DNA of 15,673 nucleotides from a virus. The notes beneath the pieces were generated by a model. It had not been told where the DNA came from. It did no database searches and was given only the letters and a program-made list of their open reading frames with translations. Both the position numbers and the translations under genes were made by a program. This document shows, piece after piece, positions 5,311 through 12,995 of this stretch (position 1 is the stretch's first letter; each line of letters opens with the position of its first letter). Where the stretch lies: IMG/VR virus record IMGVR_UViG_3300045988_059271, positions 1 to 15,673 of that record. One strand, given 5' to 3'.

Positions 5311-6446
5311 TTTTTTGGAACGATATTCAATGGGAAAAACTTTTCGATGAATATAATTTGAAATTTGAAGCGGTAGACGATAACGGAAAACCAATTAAGT
5401 ATTACAACCCAATTCGGTTGTTTTCTGAGCCGGACGTTGACGGTGAATTCGCAGGTGTGGCAATTACGTGTTCCAACCGAAGTGCCGGAAAAACCAGTGC
5501 GTTTGCCGCGGCGAGTTGTATCTTGTGCAAAGAATATGGTTTGCAGACCGGATGGATTTTTCGGACAAAAGGGGAAATGACGGGAGCGGCGGCGATGTAT
5601 GAGGATATGTTGCAAATGTATCCAAAATTGGGTAGTGTGATTACCTATAAAAATCTGGATAAGAATGGAAATGTCGTGCGGTATTTTCTGGACGGTGAGC
5701 CATTCGGATGTGCGTTTAGCTTTGGAAGTAAGATGGACAGCGTGAAAAAATTATCGCCGTATTTTCGGGATATTTACTTTTTGTTTTTTGATGAGTTTTC
5801 CATGGAGAGTGGACAGTACGTAAAAGGAGAGAGCGAAAAACTCCAATCGTTGTTATTGACGATCAGCCGTGGAAACGGAAGTCAGTCAAGATGGTTTAAA
5901 CTGATTATGGCATCCAATAATATTTCGTTGCTCAATCCCTATTTTGTATTTTTTGGCATCCACAAACGGTATCAGAAAGAAACCAAAATGATGCATGGAA
6001 GTGGTTTTGTGTGCGAATTTACGCACAATGACAGTGCTAGTAAGGCGATGTGGGAAAATACTGCTCTGAAAGCATTCCGCGGCGGACACTATATGAAGAG
6101 CATGAGTGTAGGAGATCAGATGTTGATTGATGATGCCGTGTTTGTGCAAAAGCCGACCGGACGGTCGCGGTATCTGTTTACGATCGAGCACAGCGGAAAA
6201 AGTTATGGGGTGTATGAGTATTACGAAGAGGGTTACATCTATATTACGCACAACTATAACCCGTCTTGTAATTTTGTCGCGGTTTTTCGGGACGGAGATC
6301 ATACCCAAAACACGGTTATGTTGGAACACTATGATTATTTGTTTGAAAATCTAGTTGACGCATATCGCAAAGCATATTTGCGGTTTGACGATCTAGACAG
6401 CAAAAATATGGCGGTTGAGTTACTAGGGATTGATCTTTATAAATAG
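5307..6446 (+). CDS. DNA encapsidation (packaging) ATPase, phi29 gp16-like
   Basis: Walker A SNRSAGKTSA (GKT at 5487-5495) and Walker B FLFFDEF (DE at 5790-5795). IMASNNISLLNPYFVFFGI resembles phi29 gp16 ICLSNAVSVVNPYFLFFNL, and the C-terminal AYLRFDD resembles GYLRFDN. Confidence 0.9.
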   Translation: MIFWNDIQWEKLFDEYNLKFEAVDDNGKPIKYYNPIRLFSEPDVDGEFAGVAITCSNRSAGKTSAFAAASCILCKEYGLQTGWIFRTKGEMTGAAAMYEDMLQMYPKLGSVITYKNLDKNGNVVRYFLDGEPFGCAFSFGSKMDSVKKLSPYFRDIYFLFFDEFSMESGQYVKGESEKLQSLLLTISRGNGSQSRWFKLIMASNNISLLNPYFVFFGIHKRYQKETKMMHGSGFVCEFTHNDSASKAMWENTALKAFRGGHYMKSMSVGDQMLIDDAVFVQKPTGRSRYLFTIEHSGKSYGVYEYYEEGYIYITHNYNPSCNFVAVFRDGDHTQNTVMLEHYDYLFENLVDAYRKAYLRFDDLDSKNMAVELLGIDLYK

Positions 6447-6470
6447 TTCGTGGGAGACGGACAAAAGTAC

Positions 6471-6499
6471 TTGACATACGGATAAAAAAGATGTATCAT
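6471..6499 (+). promoter_or_regulatory. Promoter P3 (lysis and structural operon)
   Basis: AAAGTAC-TTGACA (6471-6476), a 17-nt spacer, then TATCAT at 6494-6499 with TG immediately upstream. Confidence 0.7.
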
Positions 6500-6509
6500 G
6501 AAAATACGG

Positions 6510-6579
6510 GGAAACCTTTTAAAAAGGGGTTGCCACGGTTGAGTAAACCGCCCTGTCCTTGGCAGGTCAAAAGGTTTCC
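6510..6579 (+). ncRNA. Structured leader or candidate small RNA (multi-stem element closed by an 11-bp stem)
   Basis: ggaaacctttt (6510-6520) pairs perfectly with aaaaggtttcc (6569-6579). Internal hairpins are cggtt/gagta/aaccg (6536-6550) and cctgtc/ctt/ggcagg (6552-6566). It starts a few nt after the predicted P3 transcription start. An alternative pairing is cctgtcc (6552-6558) with ggacagg (6591-6597). Confidence 0.45.
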
Positions 6580-6611
6580 TTGTTTTAATGGACAGGAAGA
6601 AAGGAGCAAAG

Positions 6612-6902
6612 ATGGCAAGTATCGTTTTTAATATGATTGTCGGAATGATGAAAAAAGAAAATGCTTATCTTGCTTATACGGTACGCTATAAAGCGGACGA
6701 AAAAGACACGCTGATCATTGTCCCTCATGAAAATTACGAGTCTCACATCCGGTATTTGTGGGATTTCTTTTTCATGGATGGCAACGCGTATAACAGTAAA
6801 TCGCCAGTTCGATTCATTCATAATTTTATTATGTGTGATAAATTAAGTGAAATTGAGGACTGGTTAAAATGGCAGGATAAGGAGGTAGAAACATGGATGT
6901 AA
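6612..6902 (+). CDS. Hypothetical protein (96 aa), first gene of the P3 operon
   Basis: ORF track gives 6588..6902. AAGGAG at 6601-6606 precedes the in-frame ATG 6612 by 5 nt, so 6612 is preferred. No family recognised. Confidence 0.55.
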   Translation: MASIVFNMIVGMMKKENAYLAYTVRYKADEKDTLIIVPHENYESHIRYLWDFFFMDGNAYNSKSPVRFIHNFIMCDKLSEIEDWLKWQDKEVETWM

Positions 6903-7090
6903 CTATGGTAACGCAGTTAGTTGGAAGTCTCGGTTTTCCAATTGTTTGTTGCGGCGCACTTTTTTGGTATCTGGTGAAAGAAAAAGACGCACACAAGGAA
7001 GAGATGGAAGAACTGCGGAAAAGCGTAGAAGCGAACACGACTGCAATTAATTCACTTTGCCGGCACTTAGGAGGTGAAAAGAATGAATAA
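6893..7090 (+). CDS. Small single-TMD membrane protein, YvrJ-like; putative holin
   Basis: AAGGAGG at 6879-6885 is 7 nt before ATG 6893. The hydrophobic N-terminus (LVGSLGFPIVCCGALFWYLV) is followed by a charged helical tail, resembling the YvrJ family as I recall it. It lies immediately upstream of, and overlaps, the endolysin gene. Confidence 0.55.
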   Translation: MDVTMVTQLVGSLGFPIVCCGALFWYLVKEKDAHKEEMEELRKSVEANTTAINSLCRHLGGEKNE

Positions 7091-7742
7091 AATCGAAAAA
7101 GCAGTTGCATGGGCGGAACAAATCGCCGCAGATGATCGGCACGGGTACTCACAGGTACACCGGAACAGTCCCGATTATGACTGCTCCTCTTTTGTCGGGA
7201 CTGCACTTGAAAAAGCTGGTTTTCCGGTCAGCATTTACAGTACAACTAGAAATCTAGGTGAACAGTTGGAAAACGCTGGTTTTGTGAAATGCGGTAAACC
7301 GTGGAAACGCGGTGATATCCACCTTGCGGCTGGTCATCATGTAACGATGTCGGTTGACGCGAACCGCATCGTCCACGCCAGCCAGTCGGAAAACGGCGGG
7401 ATTGATGGTCAGACGGGAGATCAGACCGGAAAAGAAATCTGTGTACGGTCTTATTACGATCTTCCGTATGAAAATACCGTTCACTATCGGTATGCAGGAG
7501 CCGTCAAGACAGAATACGCGCGTAGTTTTGACCGGAAAATTGCAGGAGCGTATCATACCAATGATCGCTATAATCTGCGTGTTGGCGCAGGAATGAATAA
7601 AACTGTCATCTTGACGTTGCCAACCGGAATCAGTGTTAGAAACTACGGATATTATACAGGAGAATGGTATCTTGTGAAAGCTATCGTTAATGGAATTGTC
7701 TATACCGGATATGTAGCAAAAGAGGGTCTGACACGTGGCTGA
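7083..7742 (+). CDS. Endolysin: Amidase_5-type (Pal-like, Cys-His) peptidoglycan hydrolase plus a C-terminal SH3b wall-binding domain
   Basis: IEKAVAW...GYSQ..R.SPDYDCSSFV...WKRGDI...GHH matches the N-terminal domain of the pneumococcal phage Dp-1 Pal lysin as remembered, and a GDQTGKE motif is present. The C-terminal YNLRVGAG...GEWYLVK...GYV is SH3b-like. AGGAGG at 7069-7074 favours ATG 7083 over the track's GTG 7074. Confidence 0.8.
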   Translation: MNKIEKAVAWAEQIAADDRHGYSQVHRNSPDYDCSSFVGTALEKAGFPVSIYSTTRNLGEQLENAGFVKCGKPWKRGDIHLAAGHHVTMSVDANRIVHASQSENGGIDGQTGDQTGKEICVRSYYDLPYENTVHYRYAGAVKTEYARSFDRKIAGAYHTNDRYNLRVGAGMNKTVILTLPTGISVRNYGYYTGEWYLVKAIVNGIVYTGYVAKEGLTRG

Positions 7743-8787
7743 TCTGACGCTTGCTTATAATGCTTGCATACAAATTTGTAATAATCCAAACGTGGGTTAT
7801 TCCCAAACGTATCGTGAGGGGCAGACCGTGGGAGGGATTACGTACTATGATTGTTCGTCCCTTATGAGTTATTGTTGCACCGTTGGCGGTTTTTTGGCAA
7901 GCAACCCGTGGTTTACCACTCGGAGCATGGACGGGTATCTGATCGGTGCGGGATTCCAAAAAGGAACAGCAAACCAGCCTTGGAAAAAAGGCGATATTTT
8001 GTGGCGTTCCGGGCATACCGAAATGGTATATGACCCGGCAGACGGCGGCGGGTATACGATGGGAGCGCACACAGATAGCTACCCACTGGACAGACAGGTG
8101 TCCATCAATACGTTTGTGTCGCCCTATAGTGCCTGGACGTATCTGTACCGATACCCAGTTGAGGTACAAAGCGGAATCAGCCAGTATGTGATTGCCGCCA
8201 TCTGCGGCAACTTCTGGCAGGAATCAACCATTAATCCGGGTTTGTGGCAGGGTACGATTGTCGGTTCTCCCGGTTATGGTTTGGGACAATGGACGGATAA
8301 CGCCGTCACCGACCGCCGGACGCGGTTGTTCCAATGGTTAGATTCCAACGGGTACAGCCGGGAAGATGGTAACGCGCAGTTAGAATATCTGATTTATGAA
8401 AATGTCTGGTATTCGGTCGGAGCCGCTAGTGCTTACGAAAATCTACAAGCGTTTTTGCACAGTGACAGCACCGATCTGAACGCACTGACTTCCGCCTATA
8501 TGAAAGGATGGGAGGGAATTAGTGACGATGGAACACTTGCGTTCCGGCAGGAAAAAGCACACGAGTGCTTCAATTATATTTCCGAACACGCAAAAGATTC
8601 TGCAATTACCGGATGGATTGTGGGGAACCGCTATCTATCCGATTCTGAAAGATTAAACAATGCGATTATGGTATTTCGGTATCTGTCCACTGGACAACCG
8701 GAACCGCCCGAGCCGCCCCATCCCATGAAACCAAAACGGCATAAAATGCCGATCTGGTTATATCCCAATTTAAAAAGGAGGTATTAA
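7735..8787 (+). CDS. Virion-associated (tail) peptidoglycan hydrolase: second Amidase_5-like domain fused to a phage tail lysozyme-like domain (functional analogue of phi29 gp13)
   Basis: The N-terminus (GYSQTYR...YYDCSSLM...WKKGDILWRSGHTEMV) is paralogous to the preceding gene. The second domain (ICGNFWQESTINPG...GYGLGQWTD...R...L) fits the phage tail lysozyme family (PF18013-like). The Pro-rich, basic C-terminus is PEPPEPPHPMKPKRHK. A GTG start at 7735 is implied because the conserved N-terminus lies before the first Met. Confidence 0.7.
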   Translation: MADLTLAYNACIQICNNPNVGYSQTYREGQTVGGITYYDCSSLMSYCCTVGGFLASNPWFTTRSMDGYLIGAGFQKGTANQPWKKGDILWRSGHTEMVYDPADGGGYTMGAHTDSYPLDRQVSINTFVSPYSAWTYLYRYPVEVQSGISQYVIAAICGNFWQESTINPGLWQGTIVGSPGYGLGQWTDNAVTDRRTRLFQWLDSNGYSREDGNAQLEYLIYENVWYSVGAASAYENLQAFLHSDSTDLNALTSAYMKGWEGISDDGTLAFRQEKAHECFNYISEHAKDSAITGWIVGNRYLSDSERLNNAIMVFRYLSTGQPEPPEPPHPMKPKRHKMPIWLYPNLKRRY

Positions 8788-8788
8788 C

Positions 8789-9133
8789 ATGACACTTGAA
8801 GAGTATTGGACAGAAATTGTAGCCGATATTGGAAACATCGAAACGCATGGTGATGCGATCGCCGCCATCAGTGAAAAAATCAAAACAGAAGATACTGACA
8901 TCGGAGCGCTGATGTCGGAGCGTGACGCACTGGTTGCGGAACGGGACGAACTGCGCGGAAAGTATGAATCTGCGGTCGCAGAAATCAAAAGCCGCTGGTC
9001 TGATCTTTCCCACGGCGGAAGTATCACAAAAGTAACCGAGTTTGGCGGAAAAGTGCCGGAAGCAGAAGACACCGCAACAAGTATCAATGATCTTGATATG
9101 TCCCAGCTCATCATGAGCGGAAAAGGAGAGTAA
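8789..9133 (+). CDS. Putative scaffolding protein (phi29 gp7 position)
   Basis: A 114-aa acidic protein that looks helical or coiled-coil, directly upstream of the capsid gene, behind a strong SD (AAAAGGAGG). The assignment is positional and compositional. Confidence 0.5.
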   Translation: MTLEEYWTEIVADIGNIETHGDAIAAISEKIKTEDTDIGALMSERDALVAERDELRGKYESAVAEIKSRWSDLSHGGSITKVTEFGGKVPEAEDTATSINDLDMSQLIMSGKGE

Positions 9134-9135
9134 CA

Positions 9136-10443
9136 ATGGCAAAACTTGACATGACAAATATTAACATGCTGAACGCCGTTCGGCAGACGATGAGTGTTGA
9201 TTACCGTGACAGAGTTCCTGTGGCAACGCGTGATAATATCGCGGATATTGCAAAAACGTTAACTGACCCGTACAATCCGATGGCAAGAAACGAACTCGTT
9301 CCGGCACTGGTGAATCTGATCGCCAGCCAGTCCATCAGTACCGAAGCGTTCCGCAATCCTCTGCGTGTACTGAACAGTAACGCTATGCCGTATGGAAACG
9401 GTGAACAGGAAGTTTATGTAAACTTTGCGCAGGGATATGCACACGATGCCAATATCAGCATCGAAGATGCGACCGCCATTTATGACAGCTATATTATGGC
9501 GCTGTATCATGTAATCAATTTTAATAACGATTATCCGGTAACGATCTGGTTTGAGGATATGCGCGGCGCGTTTCTCGATGATTACGGACTCAGAAGTCTA
9601 GTGCAGGCAAAAGTGGAGAGTGTCGTTTCCGCTTGTAACTGGGATGAGTTTACGACAGCGAAAGAGTTGATTGCATCCGCAAAGCGCGCTGGACAGATTT
9701 ATCCGGTTCATGTGGATGCGGTTACAGATCAAGCATCCGCGAACGCACTGGCGAAACAAATTCAGTCCTATATTGACAAGATTCAGTTCCCGAACCCGCT
9801 GTATAATTTCGCTGGCGCGACATCGGCGGCAAAAGAAGATACCATTCTTCTGTTTGTCGACCCAGATACCAAAGCCGCGATGAACGTTGACAGTTATGCA
9901 AGCGCGTACAATCTCGACCGGATGATTCCGAAAGCACAGCAGGTTTTAATTGATAACTTTAACGATGCTGAGGGTATCGTGGCTGTACTGGTTGACAAAC
10001 GGTTCTTCAAAATCCGAGAACAGTACCGCATGATGGTACAGGACAATGTCAATCGCGGTTTGAGATGGAACAGTACCTATACCGTAAAAGAGATGTTCTC
10101 GTATTCGCTGTTTTATCCAATTATTGTATTTACAACCGAGACAGTTCTTGTTTCTTCCATCAATAAAAGTGATGTGGGACTGGTGAAAGCCGGAACAGAT
10201 GTGGACTTTGGAAGCAGTTTTGATGTTACTTCCAATGGTGTAGCTGACAAAGCAATTGATGTAAAAGTAGAGGGTAACTCTTCGTCTGATACATTTGTGA
10301 TTCCGGGCACAACCATTCTTCGAATTGCAAAAAATGAACAGAATCTGAAACCGAAAGCAAATAAAACAGACAGCGTGCGGGTTGTGATTACCAGTCGATA
10401 CGATTCTTCCAAAACAGAAACCATTTACTTTACGACCGATTAA
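9136..10443 (+). CDS. Major capsid protein, phi29 gp8-like, with a C-terminal Ig-like domain
   Basis: [27 protein letters not shown] resembles gp8 [36 protein letters not shown]...NRGLRWN resembles AVLVDKDWF...PRGLYWN. The last ~90 aa ([16 protein letters not shown]...VRVVITS) look like a BIG2-type domain, as in gp8. Confidence 0.88.
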   Translation: [435 protein letters not shown]

Positions 10444-10457
10444 GAGAGGTGGGAAAC

Positions 10458-12023
10458 ATGGATAGTTTCATTCCAATGCCGCCGCAGACCGATGTGGCGG
10501 CAGTTTCCCCGCAGACCACGGTTATTCTGGCTAGTGGTATCGAGTGGGGAAACGATTATGAACATGTACGATACTACGAAAACGGAAAAGCAGGTTGTCT
10601 GGCGCACGTAAGAGAAAAAGCAATCCATACTTTCAAGCAGTCCGCGCCCGTGAGATGGGGAGAACTGACTTATAAGGGAAAAGGGAATGAGAGTGATTTT
10701 CTGAAATGCAATTATATTGCTTTTCAGAACAAACCCTATACGGAAGAATGGTATTTCGGTTTTGTGACGCGCGTAGAATGGTTGAGTGACGGAAGTTTCA
10801 AGATTTATTTCGAACCCGATCGTTTTCAGAACAGTTTTTACGATGTGGTACTTCAACCGTGCTATGTAGAGCGAGAACACGTTGCGAAAGCAGATGACGC
10901 AGTAGGTGCGAATCTAGTCCCCGAAAATCTGGAAACTGGAGAATACATTGTAAATAGTTCCGCTGGCATGGGTTTCGGTCTTATGAACTATTGCCTTATT
11001 GCTAGTGCAGACGAAAATGGCGTTGCTTTAGAACCGGAATTAAATCAAAAAATAATGTCTGGTTTGACTTATTTTAACACTACAGATTTTGCTACCATGA
11101 AACAAAAAATTCAAGCCTATGCTACAAGCGGAAATGCAGACGCTATTGTATCTATTTTTCAAGCACCTGCTTTATGCTTTTCTGCAAGTCCACAAGACTT
11201 TACCATGGCTTTCCCAACAACGCTAGCTGGCTATACTCCAAAAAATAAAAAACTATTTCAATATCCATTTTCATATTTAATCGCAGATGCGCACGATGGA
11301 ACGCAATATGCATACCGACTCGAATACTTCAAAAACCAAAAAATAGTTTTTGGCGCACAAGGAGTAAAATTAAATATTCCGTCTATATACATATATCCAA
11401 AAAATTACAAAAATGAACCTACTAATAATACGCCATATGCATTTACTTATAGTAATTTTCCTACCTGCGCGTGGACAAATGACGCTTATCAAGCATGGCT
11501 GGCACAGTCTCAACCTATATGGGATTATCAGACAAAACAGCAGTATATTGATACTGGAAAAAGTGTTGTATCAACCATTGCAAACGTATTAAGCGGTAAT
11601 TTCGGAAAAGCCATCGAAAGCAGTATCGGTCAGACAGTAAGCAATTTTATGTTTGGCGAAAATATTTCAGCACAGATGGAGCAACACGATTTAATTCCGC
11701 CTACAGCAAAAGGAAGTGCTACTGGAAGTTATGTTCAGACTGCACTTTTTAGTAATACGATTGCATTAAAGACCATGTGTGTAACTCCGGAAATGGCGAA
11801 AGTAATTGACGATTATTTCACCATGTACGGATATGCAACGCATAGAATCAAAGTGCCGAATATCACAGGGCGGTCAAACTGGAATTTTGTCAAAACGGTT
11901 AATTGCGGATTACATGGCGCGTGCGTTACAGATGATATCAACTTTTTGCAGGCAATGTTTAACCGCGGGGTTACGTTCTGGCACACGGATGACGTTGGAA
12001 ACTATGGTCTTTCCAATAATTAA
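10458..12023 (+). CDS. Tail knob / distal tube protein, phi29 gp9-like
   Basis: The N-terminus (YIAFQNKPYTEEWYFGFVT...VEREHV) resembles gp9 YIMFQNADYGNKWFYAFVT...IVREHV. The C-terminus (YGYATHRIKVPNITGRSNWNFVKT...GVTFWHTDDVGNY) resembles [24 protein letters not shown]...GITLWHTDNIGNY. A Gly/Ser/hydrophobic loop followed by IPPTAKG (about 11547-11720) is positioned like the gp9 membrane-active loop. ATG 10458 is preferred over GTG 10449. Confidence 0.88.
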   Translation: MDSFIPMPPQTDVAAVSPQTTVILASGIEWGNDYEHVRYYENGKAGCLAHVREKAIHTFKQSAPVRWGELTYKGKGNESDFLKCNYIAFQNKPYTEEWYFGFVTRVEWLSDGSFKIYFEPDRFQNSFYDVVLQPCYVEREHVAKADDAVGANLVPENLETGEYIVNSSAGMGFGLMNYCLIASADENGVALEPELNQKIMSGLTYFNTTDFATMKQKIQAYATSGNADAIVSIFQAPALCFSASPQDFTMAFPTTLAGYTPKNKKLFQYPFSYLIADAHDGTQYAYRLEYFKNQKIVFGAQGVKLNIPSIYIYPKNYKNEPTNNTPYAFTYSNFPTCAWTNDAYQAWLAQSQPIWDYQTKQQYIDTGKSVVSTIANVLSGNFGKAIESSIGQTVSNFMFGENISAQMEQHDLIPPTAKGSATGSYVQTALFSNTIALKTMCVTPEMAKVIDDYFTMYGYATHRIKVPNITGRSNWNFVKTVNCGLHGACVTDDINFLQAMFNRGVTFWHTDDVGNYGLSNN

Positions 12024-12035
12024 GGAGGTGATATC

Positions 12036-12995
12036 ATGTACAATAACCCGTATCGGGTGAGTAACAAAGAAGTGTGGGGACAATGGGAAAACAACCCGAA
12101 TACGTCACCGGAAGAAAAGATGTATTTTCGCCACTTTTTCGACAAGTTCGTAAATTTAGCATTATCACGTTATGAGTATGACGGTTTACCGGATGAGATT
12201 CCGCCGCGGATGCTCAACTCCTATCTGTTATGGCAGGGAATGTGTCTGTTCAAAAAAGAACCAATCACCGGACTTTTCGGAGTGTTTGGTGTTAATCTGG
12301 TTGGTGAACCAGACATTTACGGGATTCCGACTGATTGGATTGCATACGCCATGAATGGACAGTATTATGAACAGACCGACAAGGAAGAAAGCGCACTGAT
12401 TTTCGCAAGACCTTTTGCTGTACCGGAAATTCTCAGTATTATTCTGCACGCACAGAGCTTGGCAGAGAAAAAAGCGTCCACAAGGGTAAACGTTATTCAG
12501 CAGAGAACGCCAGTTGTTATAAGCGGGGATTCCACGCAGAAGTTATCCATTGACAACTTTATTCAGAAGTGGGTAAAAAATATTCCTTTCATCAAAGCAA
12601 AAAACGATCTGCGAAAACAGATTCAGATTGATACCATTGACTTGAAAGTACAGCCAATCTTTAACGAACTTGACACCGCCGCACAGAGAGAAGTAGCAGA
12701 ATGTCTGGCTGATCTCGGAATCGAAGCAAGCGGCGTGGAAAAACCGGAAAGGTTGGTTTCCGCAGAAACGAGTTACAATGATGGAGAGATTGAGTTAACG
12801 AGAAACGGAAATCTGGCAACCATTCAGAGGGGACTTGATGCAATCAATGAAATGTATGGTTTGAATATCCATGTACATTTTAATTCTAAGATGGTAACGC
12901 CGATTAACAGACCGGATGTATTCGACACGACAAATGCCGAAAACGACACACCGGAAAACAACGGAAACGGCACACCGGAAAGTGAGGTGGAATGA
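12036..12995 (+). CDS. Portal / upper collar connector, phi29 gp10-like
   Basis: [21 protein letters not shown] resembles gp10 [40 protein letters not shown] resembles [32 protein letters not shown] resembles INELYGLNVKVKF. Confidence 0.88.
   Translation: [319 protein letters not shown]

Noticed and set aside
88-6464. A 13-nt motif, gggtgacggacaa (88-100, inner ITR edge), recurring as gggagacggacaa (6452-6464) just upstream of the P3 -35 box
   Set aside because: A 12/13 match is suggestive of a shared binding site. It is a single occurrence, however, and acggaca also occurs by chance inside the polymerase YCDTDS codons (3500-3506), so chance cannot be excluded without conservation data.
6510-6579. 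A tRNA gene (the element is about 70 nt with several stems)
   Set aside because: The closing stem is 11 bp rather than 7. There is no GTTCRANYC-type T-loop and no D-loop signature, and the arm spacing does not fit a cloverleaf.
2495-12354. Nested or out-of-frame + strand ORFs (2495..2677, 6127..6354, 7354..7596, 7851..8033, 7946..8191, 9671..9883, 11806..12060, 12172..12354)
   Set aside because: They are embedded in alternative frames of genes with strong family signatures, and have no SD or motif support.
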